NCBI RefSeq assembly: GCF_000737315.1
Contig: NZ_JMCB01000006.1
Coordinates: 764,001-1,012,000, forward strand
Direction: 5' to 3'
DNA: 248,000 nt
Source: Hyalangium minutum
GTDB lineage: Bacteria; Myxococcota; Myxococcia; Myxococcales; Myxococcaceae
The stretch's first letter is position 1; each line of letters opens with the position of its first letter. Positions 103,446 through 114,554 of this stretch are shown here, one piece after another. The notes below the pieces were generated by a model. It ran no database searches. It saw nothing but the letters and a program-made list of their open reading frames with translations, and was not told the origin of the DNA. Both the position numbers and the translations under genes were made by a program.

Positions 103446-105341
103446 ATGAACCGACCCACCTCTCTCTCAAAGCGAATGGGCGCGCCTGCGGCCCGCCTGA
103501 GTCTCCTTGCCGCGCTGGTGCTCAGCACCTCCGCCCTGGCCCAGCCGGCCGGTCTGCCCCAGTTCGAAGTGGAGCGCCTGGAGTTCAATCCCAGCGGCGC
103601 GGGCTCGCTGCTGGTGAACTCCGGCCAGCTGCTGCCGAATGGCCGCTTCCGGCTCTCGCTCGTGGGTCACTACGAGAACAAGCCGCTGACGCCCGAGCTG
103701 ATTGATGCCTCCGTGGAGGGTGGGTTCCGCGAGGTGACGCTGGTGAGCCACCGCACCACGGGCCACCTCATCGCCGCCTACGGCCTGGGCGACACGCTCG
103801 AGGTGGGCCTGCAGGTGCCCCTCATCCTCAGCCAGGAGCAGGGCAACCTGGAAGGCACCGGCTTCGGCCAGCCCACGGGCGGCTTCAAGCTGGGCACGCC
103901 CATCGCCAACTTCAACATCGGCGTGCTGAACCAGTCCGAGGCCATCCCCGTGGACCTGGCGGCCGGCGTGAGCGTGGGCTTCCCCATTGGCAGCGATCGG
104001 GCGCTGGCTCGTGAGAACTCGCTGCGCGCCATTCCCCGCATCATGGTGGGCCGTGAGACCGAGGGCCTGCGCGCGGGCTTCGAGCTCGGCGCCGACCTGC
104101 GTCCGCGCGTGAGCATCGGCGAGGGCGACAACAGCGAGGCCTACAACCGCCTGCGCCTGGGCGCCGCGGTGTCCACCACCGGCGAGGGCCTGCGCTACGA
104201 GGCCGACATCCTCATGTGGATTCCGTTCGGCCACGAGTTCCTCGCCGCTGAGACGCTGGTGGGCGTGCGTGGCCCCGTGTCCAACGACGTCGAGGTGTTC
104301 GCCCTCGGCGGCCTGGGCTTTGGCGACACGCTGGGCAACCCGAACTTCCGCGTGATGATGGGCGCGGCCTTCGGCGGCATGCCGCCCAAGTGCGTGGCGG
104401 GCGCCAAGCACGAGCCCTCGCAGTGCCCGGATCTGGATGACGACAACGACGGCGTGAAGAACCGTGACGACGCCTGCCCCAAGGAGGGTGGCAAGGTGGA
104501 CGCCAAGGGCTGCCCCATTCCGGACCAGGACAAGGACGGCGTGGCGGACTCGGCCGACAAGTGCCCGACGGTGGCTGGCGCCGAGTCGGCGCAGGGCTGC
104601 CCGGACCAGGACGGCGACAGCGTGCCGGACTCCGCGGACAAGTGCCCCGCCCTCAAGGGCTCTCCGGATCGCCAGGGCTGCCCGGACACGGACGGCGATG
104701 GCCTGGATGACGCGGCCGACAAGTGCCCGAACGAGGCCGGTCCGGTGGACCGCCAGGGCTGCCCGGCGAAGGACTCGGACAACGACAAGATTCTCGACGA
104801 GAACGACAGCTGCCCGAACGAGGCCGGTATCCCCGAGCTGAAGGGCTGCCCCGCCAAGGACACGGACAATGACGGCGTGGCCGACCACCTGGACAACTGC
104901 ATCAACCAGGCGGGCCCCGCGGAGAACCAGGGCTGCCCCGCGGCTCAGAAGCAGCTGATCGTCATCAAGCAGGACCGCATCGACATCAAGGACAAGGTGT
105001 ACTTCGACTCGGGTGCGGCCACCATCCAGGCGCGCTCCAACGCGCTGCTGGACCAGATGGCCAAGGTGCTCGGCGAGCACCCGGAGATCACCAAGGTCAT
105101 CATCGAGGGCCACACGGATGACCGCGGTCCTGCCGAAGTCAACCGCACCCTGTCCCAGCAGCGCGCGGAGGCCGTGCGCGACTACCTGGTGAAGAAGGGC
105201 GTGGCCGCCGAGCGCTTCGAGGCCAAGGGCTTCGGCCCGGATCGCCCGGTGCAGCCCAACACCACCAACGAGGGCCGCGCCGCCAACCGCCGCGTGGAGT
105301 TCCTCACCCGCTACGCCGAGGACGGCGCGGCGAAGCAGTAA
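103446..105341 (+). CDS. OmpA-family outer membrane protein with TSP3 repeats (TraB-like)
   Basis: Beta-barrel region, DxDxDG..CP repeats, IEGHTD..NRRVEF. Confidence 0.88.
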   Translation: MNRPTSLSKRMGAPAARLSLLAALVLSTSALAQPAGLPQFEVERLEFNPSGAGSLLVNSGQLLPNGRFRLSLVGHYENKPLTPELIDASVEGGFREVTLVSHRTTGHLIAAYGLGDTLEVGLQVPLILSQEQGNLEGTGFGQPTGGFKLGTPIANFNIGVLNQSEAIPVDLAAGVSVGFPIGSDRALARENSLRAIPRIMVGRETEGLRAGFELGADLRPRVSIGEGDNSEAYNRLRLGAAVSTTGEGLRYEADILMWIPFGHEFLAAETLVGVRGPVSNDVEVFALGGLGFGDTLGNPNFRVMMGAAFGGMPPKCVAGAKHEPSQCPDLDDDNDGVKNRDDACPKEGGKVDAKGCPIPDQDKDGVADSADKCPTVAGAESAQGCPDQDGDSVPDSADKCPALKGSPDRQGCPDTDGDGLDDAADKCPNEAGPVDRQGCPAKDSDNDKILDENDSCPNEAGIPELKGCPAKDTDNDGVADHLDNCINQAGPAENQGCPAAQKQLIVIKQDRIDIKDKVYFDSGAATIQARSNALLDQMAKVLGEHPEITKVIIEGHTDDRGPAEVNRTLSQQRAEAVRDYLVKKGVAAERFEAKGFGPDRPVQPNTTNEGRAANRRVEFLTRYAEDGAAKQ

Positions 105342-105937
105342 CCTCCGGCGGTCTCCCCGGCTGAAGGGCCGGGGGCCCGCGCGGTGAGAGGCCGAGGCTC
105401 CGTACCCCTCGAGGGGCGCGGCACCTCGGCCTCTTCCTTTTGGAGCAGGCAGGGGAGGGAGCGCCGTTGGGTCCCGACGACTGGCATGTCAGCGATGGGC
105501 CTGACGCGTCAGCGTCTGAAACCGACGCACCGCCGCTCTGATGCGAGGCACGGGCCTCTCTGCGGCGAAGCGCGACATCCGCACCCCACGGCGCCGCCCA
105601 AGTGCCTGGAACTCCTCACTGCCGAGGGGAGGACACCCGGCTGTGGCAGAACGCGACAGTGCCGCGTCATGCTCCACGCGCCGAGAGGCGAAGGGGGCCG
105701 TGCACTCCATGATTTCGATGGGTTGCTGGCTCGGTTGGAGCGGCACCGGCTTTGCTGGATAGCCAACGGACCCATTGAAGTCTTGGCGGGGAAGTGGAAA
105801 ACCGCCCCACTCACGGTTAACTCGCGCCACCTCGTGCCCCCCCGGGGATGCAGCCAGAACGCTCCTCGATTGACATGCCCTGAAACTGGCTCCGCGCCCT
105901 TGGCCCATCTTGTTGACTCTGCTGGAAAGACCACGAC

Positions 105938-107848
105938 ATGACTGAAGACACACCGCTCGCGGGCTCGTTCGAAGGAGACACCCGCCGGGCGCTCCAGAAG
106001 CGACCCTCCCCTGCGCTGGCGTTGCCGCTGGCGCTCGCCGCCTGCCTGATCAGCGCCACGGCGCTCGCGCAGCCCGCGGGGCTCCCCGAGGTCGAACTGG
106101 AGCGACTGTCGCTCAACCCCAGTGGCCAGGGTTCGTTGCTGCTGGGCACCGGCGAGCTGCTGCAGAACGGCGCGTACCGCTTCTCCCTCACGGGCCATTA
106201 CGAGAATGATCCGCTCGTGTTCTTCCTGGACGGGGAGCGCATCGGCTCGGTGGTGAAGCACCGGGTGACGGGCCACCTGACGGGCGCGTATGCCCTGTCG
106301 AACCGGCTCGAGGTGTCCGCGCAGGTGCCCGTGCTCTTCATGCAGAGCGGGGACGATATGACGGCCCGCGGCGTGGGGACTCCTCGGAAGGGGCTGTCGC
106401 TGGGCACGCCGTACCTGGGGCTGCGACTGGGCGTGCTGTCCGAGCGTGATGCAGACGTGGTGGACCTCTCCATTGGCGTCCAGGCGGGCCTGCCGCTGGG
106501 CAGCGCCACGGCGCTGGCCCGGGAGAGCTCCCTGCGCGCCCTGCCCAGCATCATGGTGGGCAAGCGGTTCGGCTTCCTGCGCGCGGGTCTGGACGCGGGC
106601 GCGATGCTGCGTCCGCGGGTGGCCCTGGGCAATGAGAGCGTGAAGGATGAGCTGGGCGACGAGCTGCGCCTGGGCGGCGTCGTGTCCACCACGGGCGAGG
106701 GGCTGCGCGGCGAGCTGGATGTGATCGCCTCCATCCCCTTCCGGCGCGAGGGCACCTCCGTCGAGGCGTTGGCCGGCGCGCGCATGCCGCTGAGTGAGGC
106801 GCTGGAGGCCTACGCGCTGGCGGGCGTGGGCTTTGGCAATGCGCCGGGCACGCCGACTTTCCGCGGACTGCTGGGCGTGGCCTACGGGAGCACGCCGCCC
106901 AAGTGCGTGGCGGGCGGTCAGCACACGCCCGAGCAGTGCCCGGATCTGGATGATGACAATGACGGGGTGAAGAACCGCGTGGACGCGTGCCCGACGCAGG
107001 GTGGGCGCGTGGACGCGTCAGGCTGCCCGCTGAAGGACACGGACCAGGACGGCGTGCTGGATCAGGACGACTCTTGCCCGACGGTGGCCGGCGAGGCCGC
107101 GCTCAAGGGCTGCCCGGACGCGGACAAGGACGGCATCGAGGACGCGGCGGACAAGTGCCCGCAGGTGTTCGGCCTGGCGCAGTTCCAGGGCTGCCCGGAC
107201 ACGGACAAGGACGGCATCGAGGACTCGGCGGACAAGTGCCCCACCGAGGCGGGTCCGGCCGAGCGCCAGGGCTGCCCGGTGCGTGACACGGACAAGGACG
107301 GCTTCGTGGACGAGCAGGACAGCTGCCCGAACGAGCCCGGCATCGCCGAGCTGAAGGGCTGCCCGGCCAAGGACAGCGACAATGACGGCGTGGCGGACCA
107401 CCGCGACAACTGCCCGACCGAGGCGGGTCCCGCGGACAACCAGGGTTGCCCGGCCAAGCAGAAGCAGCAGGTGGCCATCCAGTCCGGCCGCATCGAGCTG
107501 AAGGACACGGTCTACTTCGACACGGCCAAGGCGACCATCCAGTCGCGCAGCTTCAAGCTGCTGGATCAGGTGGCGAGTATCCTCAAGGCGCACCCGGAGC
107601 TGGATCGGGTGGTCATCGAGGGCCACACGGACAACCAGGGCAAGCCGGCCGCGAACATGACGCTGTCTCACCGGCGTGCGGAGGCGGTGCGCAACTACCT
107701 CATCAACAAGGGGGTGGAGCCGCAGCGCCTGGAGGCCAAGGGCTATGGGCAGGAGCGGCCCATCGCTGACAACAAGACTGCGAAGGGCCGGGCGACGAAC
107801 CGCCGGGTCGACTTCATCACCGCGCCTCGCGAGGGCACCCAGCAGTAA
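105938..107848 (+). CDS. OmpA-family outer membrane protein with TSP3 repeats (TraB-like paralog)
   Basis: Same architecture as 103446. Confidence 0.88.
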   Translation: MTEDTPLAGSFEGDTRRALQKRPSPALALPLALAACLISATALAQPAGLPEVELERLSLNPSGQGSLLLGTGELLQNGAYRFSLTGHYENDPLVFFLDGERIGSVVKHRVTGHLTGAYALSNRLEVSAQVPVLFMQSGDDMTARGVGTPRKGLSLGTPYLGLRLGVLSERDADVVDLSIGVQAGLPLGSATALARESSLRALPSIMVGKRFGFLRAGLDAGAMLRPRVALGNESVKDELGDELRLGGVVSTTGEGLRGELDVIASIPFRREGTSVEALAGARMPLSEALEAYALAGVGFGNAPGTPTFRGLLGVAYGSTPPKCVAGGQHTPEQCPDLDDDNDGVKNRVDACPTQGGRVDASGCPLKDTDQDGVLDQDDSCPTVAGEAALKGCPDADKDGIEDAADKCPQVFGLAQFQGCPDTDKDGIEDSADKCPTEAGPAERQGCPVRDTDKDGFVDEQDSCPNEPGIAELKGCPAKDSDNDGVADHRDNCPTEAGPADNQGCPAKQKQQVAIQSGRIELKDTVYFDTAKATIQSRSFKLLDQVASILKAHPELDRVVIEGHTDNQGKPAANMTLSHRRAEAVRNYLINKGVEPQRLEAKGYGQERPIADNKTAKGRATNRRVDFITAPREGTQQ

Positions 107849-107865
107849 GCGGGGGGAACAGACAC

Positions 107866-110800
107866 ATGAGGAATGCATCCTTGAAGAACATCCTTCGCAA
107901 CGCACTGCTGGCCGTCACCCTGTGCGCGCTGCCAGCCATGGCAGGGCGGGACATCTACCTGCTGGGTGACGGGAGCGACGGAGTGCTCGACGTCACCACG
108001 AGCCTGCCGGCCCCGGTCGTCATCAACAGCTACGCCCGGGTCACGACCGACGCGGCCGTGGGTGCCACTGAGCTGCTCGTGGACACCAACACGGGCTTCA
108101 GTCCCGGGGATCTCGTGCTGGTGCACCAGTCCACGGGGTACACCCCTGAGCCGACGCCGGGTGACATCTCGGACATCAACCTCACCACCGGCGCGGTGGG
108201 CCGCTGGGAGCTGGCGCGGCTCAGCATGGCGGCGGCAGAGCCGGGCAAGCTGAAGCTGGCCTCACCGCTGCTCTACGCTTACACGGCGACGGGCGCGCAG
108301 GCCGTCAAGGTGCCCGAGTACACGAACGTCACCATCCGGGGCGGCGCGGTGCTGACCGCCTCTGCCTGGGACGGCTCCAAGGGTGGCATCCTGGCCTTCC
108401 TGGCCAACGGCAGCGTGGTCATCGAGTCGGCAGCCGCCATCGACGTCACGGGCAAGGGCTTCCGGGGTGGGCTGTACGTCAAAGACTCCACGACGACCCG
108501 CCGGGGATGCTCCGGCATCACCGAGGGTTCGCCCGGCGGCGCTCAGCGGGCCGAGGGTGTCGCACGCGGTCTGTACGGCGCCAGCTCCACCGGACGCGGC
108601 AATGGTGCCAACGGTGGCGGTGGAGGCGTGTGCTACCTGGCAGGCGGCGCGGGCGGCGGCAGCGCGGGCCGGGGCGGTGATGGCGGCAAGACGCACTCCT
108701 CGGCGGATGGCGCGCGCGCTGTGGGAGGCATCGGCGGCTCCAAGTTCAGCAGCACCGTCGATCCGCTCAACCGGATGGTCTTTGGCGGCGGTGGCGGCTC
108801 GGGCCACGGCATCGTTGATCTGACGCCTCCGGCGAACCAGGGAGGCGCGGGTGGCGGCATCATCTTCATGCGGGCCCAGTCCTTGGACGGCGGTGACGGC
108901 ATCATCCTGGCCAATGGCGGCTCCGGCCCCACCATCCAAGGCAACACCACCCTGAGCGGCGCGTTTGGTGGAGGCGGCGGCGGCACGGTGTACCTGCGCT
109001 TCGCCCAGCTCGCGAACTGCAACGTGCTCTCTCAGGGCGGCCGCGGCGGCGATACAAGCCTCAATACGGCCTTCATTGGCCCGGGTGGCGGTGGTGGCGG
109101 TGGGCTCCTGCTCCTGCAGTCCCAGACGGGCTCTTGCACAGTCTTCGCCGATGGAGCAGTCGCGGGCCAGACGCCCACGCAGCGTCCCGGCGACACTGTG
109201 AACTACGGCGCGAGCCCCGGAATCCCGGGCAAGGTGGAACAGATCCTCAATGATGGCTTCCCCGAGACCATGCCGGTTCCCGTGGTGGTCACCCCCGCCA
109301 ACGGGAGTTCCACCAACAACCTGCGGCCCACCTTCTCGGGCACGCTCGACCCGGCCTTCCCGCCGGGTTCCGAGATCATCCTCACGGTGACGATCGGCGC
109401 GACCACGCTGACCATCCCCCGCCTGCCCGCAGCGGCCAACTGGAGCTTCACGCCGACCTCGGATCTGGCGGTGGGCACCTACACCGTCTCGGCCGTGCTC
109501 ACGAAGCAGGAGGTCTACAGCCAACAGAGCAACACCAACACCTTCACGATCGACATCACCGCGCCCGCGGCGCCGGTGGTGGTAACGCCGGCCAACGGCT
109601 CGCGGACCAATGACAACACGCCGACGTACACGGGTACGGCGGAGCCGGGCAGCACCGTCACGGTGCGCGTGGACGGCACCTCGGTGGGAACTGTCATGGC
109701 GGACGCGTCGGGCAACTGGACGCTCACGCCCACCGCGCCCCTGGCGAACGGCTCGCACACGGTGAATGCCACGGCGACGGACGCGGCGGGCAACGTCAGC
109801 CCCGTGTCCAACACCAACACCTTCACGGTGGACGCCACGCCGCCGACGGTGGTGGTGCAGACGCCTGCGGAGGGCTCGACCACCAATGACAACACGCCGA
109901 CCTACAGCGGCACGGTGTCGGACAACAATCCTGGCCCGTACACGGTGGAGATCCGGGTGGATGGCACCCTGCTGACCACCCTGACGGTGCCGGGCCCGAA
110001 CTGGACGTACACGCCGACGACGCCGCTGGCGGATGGCCCGCACACGGTGACGGCCACGGCGACGGATGCGGTGAACAACACGGCCACCGACAGCAATGCC
110101 TTCGCGGTGGATGCGACGCCTCCGACGGTGGTGGTGCAGACGCCCGCAGAGGGTTCGACGACCACCGATAACACGCCGACCTACAGCGGCACGGTGGAGG
110201 CCGGAGCGACGGTGACGCTGACGGTGGACGGCGTCGCGGTGGGCCCAGTGGTTGTGACGGGCACGACGTGGACGTACACGCCGACGACGCCGCTGGCGGA
110301 TGGGCCGCACACGGTGACGGCCACGGCGACGGACGCTGCGGGCAACACGGCCACCGACAGCAACGCCTTCACGGTGGACGCCACGCCTCCGGCGGTGGTG
110401 GTGCAGACGCCTGCCGAGGGCTCGACGACCACCGATAACACGCCGACCTACAGCGGTACGGTGGAAGCGGGAGCGACGGTGACGTTGACGGTGGACGGCG
110501 TCGCGGTGGGCCCGGTGGTTGTGACGGGCACGACGTGGACGTACACGCCGACGACGCCGCTGGCGGATGGCCCGCACACGGTGACAGCCACGGCGACGGA
110601 TGCGGCGGGCAACACGGCCACCGACAGCAACGCCTTCACGGTGGACGCCACGCCTCCGGCGGTGGTGGTGCAGACGCCTGCGGAGGGTTCGACGACCACC
110701 GATAACACGCCGACCTACAGCGGCACGGTGGAGGCGGGAGCGACGGTGACGTTGACGGTGGACGGCGTCGCGGTGGGCCCGGTGATTGTGATGGGCACGA

Positions 110801-112143
110801 TGTGGACGTACACGCCGACGACGCCGCTGGCGGATGGGCCGCACACGGTGACGGCCACGGCGACGGACGCTGCGGGCAACACGGCCACCGACAGCAATGC
110901 TTTCACGGTGGACGCCACGGCTCCGGCGGTGTCGGTGACGACGCCTGCGGAGGGCTCGCTGATCAACGACAGCACGCCGGTCTACAGCGGCACGGCCGAG
111001 CCGGGCAGCAGTGTCTCGGTGAGCGTGGATGGCACGGTGGTGGGGACAGTCACGGCGGATGCCAGCGGTAACTGGACCGTCACCTCCAGCACTCCGCTGC
111101 CGGATGGTCCGCACACGGTGACGGCCACGGCCACGGACGCGGCGGGCAACACGGCCACCGACAGCAACACCTTCACGGTGGACACCGTGGCGCCGGGCGC
111201 TCCGGTGGTGAACACGCCGGCCGACGGCTCGACCATCGCCGACAACACGCCGACCTACAGTGGCACCGCCGATCCGGGCAGCACCGTCACCATCAGCGTG
111301 GATGGCACGGTGGTGGGCACCACCACTGCGGACTCCAACGGCGACTGGAGCTTCACGCCGGGCACGGGCATTTCGAACGGCTCGCACACAGTGAACGCCA
111401 CGGCCTCGGACGCCGCGGGCAACGTCAGCCCCGTGTCCAACACCAACACGTTCACGGTGGATGCCTCCATCCCGGCCGCTCCGGTCATCACCGGTCCCGC
111501 CAACAACACGGTGACGGATGACAACACGCCCGTCATCTCCGGCACGGCCCCGCCGAACAGCACGGTCACCGTGTACGTCGATGGCACCCCGGTGGGCACC
111601 ACCACCTCGGACGCGGCGGGCAACTGGACGTTCACGCCGACCACCCCGCTGGCCGACGGTCCGCATGACATCACCGCCACCACGACGAACGGCGTGGGCA
111701 ACGTCAGCCCGGTGTCCAACACCGTCCACATCACCATCGACACGGGCGTGCCGGACACCTCCATCGTCTCCGGACCCTCGGGCGAGACGCAGAGCACCAG
111801 CGCCACATTCGAGTTCGGCTCCACCGAGTCTGGCGTCACCTACGAGTGCAAGCTCGACGGTGCGGCGGAGTTCACGGAGTGCCCGAACCCGGCCACCTTC
111901 GCGAACCTCGCCCCGGGCCAGCACACCCTCGAGGTGCGCGCCCGTGACTCGGCCGGCAATGTGGATCCGACTCCGGCCACCGCCACGTGGACTGTCGTGC
112001 AGACCCCGCCCACCGGCGGCGATCGCGACTTCCTCGGCGACGGCATCGGCTGCGCGGCCTCGGGCGGTGATCCGTCCGCGCTGGCGATGATGGGCCTGGG
112101 CCTGCTCGCGGTGATGGTGGTCCGCCGGCGGCGCCAGCAGTAG
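107866..112143 (+). CDS. AgmC-like Ig-repeat adhesin with MYXO-CTERM tail
   Basis: Gly-rich N-terminus, Big repeats, C-terminal GC..TM-RRRRQQ. Confidence 0.82.
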   Translation: MRNASLKNILRNALLAVTLCALPAMAGRDIYLLGDGSDGVLDVTTSLPAPVVINSYARVTTDAAVGATELLVDTNTGFSPGDLVLVHQSTGYTPEPTPGDISDINLTTGAVGRWELARLSMAAAEPGKLKLASPLLYAYTATGAQAVKVPEYTNVTIRGGAVLTASAWDGSKGGILAFLANGSVVIESAAAIDVTGKGFRGGLYVKDSTTTRRGCSGITEGSPGGAQRAEGVARGLYGASSTGRGNGANGGGGGVCYLAGGAGGGSAGRGGDGGKTHSSADGARAVGGIGGSKFSSTVDPLNRMVFGGGGGSGHGIVDLTPPANQGGAGGGIIFMRAQSLDGGDGIILANGGSGPTIQGNTTLSGAFGGGGGGTVYLRFAQLANCNVLSQGGRGGDTSLNTAFIGPGGGGGGGLLLLQSQTGSCTVFADGAVAGQTPTQRPGDTVNYGASPGIPGKVEQILNDGFPETMPVPVVVTPANGSSTNNLRPTFSGTLDPAFPPGSEIILTVTIGATTLTIPRLPAAANWSFTPTSDLAVGTYTVSAVLTKQEVYSQQSNTNTFTIDITAPAAPVVVTPANGSRTNDNTPTYTGTAEPGSTVTVRVDGTSVGTVMADASGNWTLTPTAPLANGSHTVNATATDAAGNVSPVSNTNTFTVDATPPTVVVQTPAEGSTTNDNTPTYSGTVSDNNPGPYTVEIRVDGTLLTTLTVPGPNWTYTPTTPLADGPHTVTATATDAVNNTATDSNAFAVDATPPTVVVQTPAEGSTTTDNTPTYSGTVEAGATVTLTVDGVAVGPVVVTGTTWTYTPTTPLADGPHTVTATATDAAGNTATDSNAFTVDATPPAVVVQTPAEGSTTTDNTPTYSGTVEAGATVTLTVDGVAVGPVVVTGTTWTYTPTTPLADGPHTVTATATDAAGNTATDSNAFTVDATPPAVVVQTPAEGSTTTDNTPTYSGTVEAGATVTLTVDGVAVGPVIVMGTMWTYTPTTPLADGPHTVTATATDAAGNTATDSNAFTVDATAPAVSVTTPAEGSLINDSTPVYSGTAEPGSSVSVSVDGTVVGTVTADASGNWTVTSSTPLPDGPHTVTATATDAAGNTATDSNTFTVDTVAPGAPVVNTPADGSTIADNTPTYSGTADPGSTVTISVDGTVVGTTTADSNGDWSFTPGTGISNGSHTVNATASDAAGNVSPVSNTNTFTVDASIPAAPVITGPANNTVTDDNTPVISGTAPPNSTVTVYVDGTPVGTTTSDAAGNWTFTPTTPLADGPHDITATTTNGVGNVSPVSNTVHITIDTGVPDTSIVSGPSGETQSTSATFEFGSTESGVTYECKLDGAAEFTECPNPATFANLAPGQHTLEVRARDSAGNVDPTPATATWTVVQTPPTGGDRDFLGDGIGCAASGGDPSALAMMGLGLLAVMVVRRRRQQ
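109840..110910 (+). repeat. four near-identical ~267-bp intragenic tandem repeats
   Basis: Repeating TVDATPP..TATDSNAF units with 267-bp period. Confidence 0.8.
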
Positions 112144-112290
112144 CTCCTCCCGGCGATGGGTAGGCTCGTGGCCCGGTGCTGTCAGCACCGGGCCACCTCG
112201 TGGGCGAGGCGCTCAAGCCGCTCCGCGGGTTCGCTTCACGCAGCCTTGGGCCGGTGAGTCACGGGACGCGCTCGGACCACCGGCGGATTG

Positions 112291-112890
112291 TCATTGCGGC
112301 GTATCCGAAGGTGGTGGGGCGGCGGGTGGCGGTGAGGATGGGGTTGTTGGAGATGGGGGAGGGGTTGGTGCGGGCGCGGTGGCCGGCATAGGGGGCGGCT
112401 CAGGCGTACCGGGGGACGTCTCACGCTCCGGAGCCACTGGCGGTTCGGGAGAAGCGGGAGGGGGTCCAACCCAATCCCCCCGCGGTGGAGGGGCCTCGGC
112501 CACCACCTCGCCTTGAGGAGTGACTGCGTACACATACCGCCAGTCGAGAACGCGTCCGCTCGGGCCGCCGCATCGATGAAAGCGCTGCTCCAGCACGACG
112601 TAGTACAAGCCCGGCGTCGGGCCCGTGAAGACAGCGACATCCAAGCCCTGCTCAGGACTGGCGCATCCGTCGAAGAGCCCTGGAAACGGCTGGGTTCTCA
112701 CCAACTCGCGAACGGCCGCCGCTGCGGCGACCGCTGCACCCGCCTCTACAGGCGCGACAAGCGTCTTGACCGATTGCTCGTCTTGTTCGGTCTCCGGCCA
112801 CACCACGGGTTCCTTCCAAGCGGCAGCCCTGGGAGCACCACACCCGGACACCATCGCGACGACCCCTGCAAGCGCGTATCTCCTGAACAT
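112291..112890 (-). CDS. lipoprotein, putative immunity (copy 2)
   Basis: Lipobox VSGC; paralog of 113150. Confidence 0.65.
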   Translation of the reverse strand: MFRRYALAGVVAMVSGCGAPRAAAWKEPVVWPETEQDEQSVKTLVAPVEAGAAVAAAAAVRELVRTQPFPGLFDGCASPEQGLDVAVFTGPTPGLYYVVLEQRFHRCGGPSGRVLDWRYVYAVTPQGEVVAEAPPPRGDWVGPPPASPEPPVAPERETSPGTPEPPPMPATAPAPTPPPSPTTPSSPPPAAPPPSDTPQ

Positions 112891-113149
112891 TTCGTTTCTC
112901 CCTTCCGCTGCGGGGTAGCATCCGGCAAGCGGCTACTCGCGCAACAGCTGCAGAGATCCCTCACGGCATCGAGGCACGGTGATACGGAGGCGAGTAGGTT
113001 CGCTCGGGGCACAATGGCCGAGAGTGATGTGTCCGTGGGCGACGCACTGAGATCAATGTGCGCCCCCAATCCTCTCTTTGGCGACCTCCTGCTCAAACTC
113101 GGAATCGTCACGCCCAGCCAGGCCCAGGAAGTGCTCGCGCTGCAACCCC

Positions 113150-113791
113150 TCACCCGGGCGGAACCGGCGCCGGGGAGGTGGAAGGTGGTGATGCTGGGGG
113201 AGGGGCAGCCGGAGTTGGGGCGGCAGGCGCTGGTGGAGGCGGAGAGGTTGGCCCTGGAGTGGGCGCAGGCGTACCGGTGCGCGTTTCCGGAGGGGGAGCA
113301 GCAGGTGGCGGTGTTGGCTCGGGTGCAGCAGGGCCTCGGCGGGGAGGGGAGGAGACAGGCGGTTCCCCCCGCGGTGGCGGGGCCTTCTCCACTACCTCAC
113401 CTTGGGGAGTGACTGCGTACACATAGTCCCAGTCGAGAAGGCGCCCGATGGGGCCACCGCACCGATCGAAGCGCTCCTCCAAGACCACGTAATACAGGCC
113501 GGGCGTTGGGCCCGTGAAGACGGCGACATCCATTCCCTGCTCAGGACTGGCGCACCCCTGGAAGAGCCTTGGAAACGGGTTGGTTTTCACCATCTCGCGG
113601 ATGGCGGCCGCTGCGGCGAGCGCGGCCCCCGCCTCCGTCAGGGGGACGATGGTCTTGACCGATTGCTCGTCTTGCTCGGTCTCCGGCCACTTCACCCCTC
113701 CCTTCCAGGAGGCAGCGGGCGCGGCGCAACCCTGCAGCATCGCCACGAGCACAGCGGATGCACACGCCTTGATCATTTCTCTCTCCTGCAT
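113150..113791 (-). CDS. lipoprotein, putative immunity (copy 1)
   Basis: Lipobox LQGC; shared WPETEQDEQSVKT..GCASPEQG. Confidence 0.65.
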   Translation of the reverse strand: MQEREMIKACASAVLVAMLQGCAAPAASWKGGVKWPETEQDEQSVKTIVPLTEAGAALAAAAAIREMVKTNPFPRLFQGCASPEQGMDVAVFTGPTPGLYYVVLEERFDRCGGPIGRLLDWDYVYAVTPQGEVVEKAPPPRGEPPVSSPPRRGPAAPEPTPPPAAPPPETRTGTPAPTPGPTSPPPPAPAAPTPAAPPPASPPSTSPAPVPPG

Positions 113792-113800
113792 CGCACCCGT

Positions 113801-114554
113801 CTACTCGCGCAACAACTGCAGAGCTCCTTCCCGGCAGGAGGGCACGGTATTGCGACGAGGGTCGGCGCCGCGTGGGGTGCACATGCCGAGGGTTAACCCA
113901 CCGGGCCCGGACATGGCTCCACTGTTGGACCTCGCCCGTGGGAAAGTAGCGCAGGATGATGCGTGCGCCGTCCTGGCGCTCCGCCACCAGCGCCGACGCC
114001 ATCTCAATGACTGTGTTCTTGTAGAGGGCGGGAGCCGGGTTGCCTGGATAGAGGCGGACTTCCGCCATGGCCACGAGAGGTTTGAACGCGTCCGTCGGCC
114101 ATGCTTTGAGATCACGCGAAGACGGAGGCGCGGCGCAGAGGTGGTTGTGGACATATCCCACGACCCACACCTGAGAGGCAGGGTAGTCGTCATCCTTCAC
114201 GGTGAAGAAGGGCTGACATGCCTCGTGGTTTCCCGGCACGGGCTCGGAGAGCCGCCAGGACAGGGAGTCGCCGTCCCCGGCGACGTAGACTGTCGAGCAG
114301 TACTCCGTGGACAGGCCCACGATGGGCCGCTGCGTGACCCAGTCACACACCTTGGCGCCTGGGAGCGTGAGTAACGCGTCCGCAACATCTCGCAGCAAGG
114401 AGATAGGAATGGAGGTGTCCCCCGTGGGCATCTCGACGGCTGGCACTTCCGACCACGGTCCCCTGGGAAGGGGCGCATCTTGCGCAGGAGTGTTGGGCGG
114501 GGCCGAGGTAGCGCACGCGGCTCCGGCCAAGAGAAACGGAAGCACAAATCGCAT
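113801..114554 (-). pseudogene. JAB/MPN-like lipoprotein toxin with +1 frameshift
   Basis: Lipobox GAAC; HNHLCAAPPSSRD; one extra base near 113895 separates the body from ..CREGALQLLRE-stop. Confidence 0.55.
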
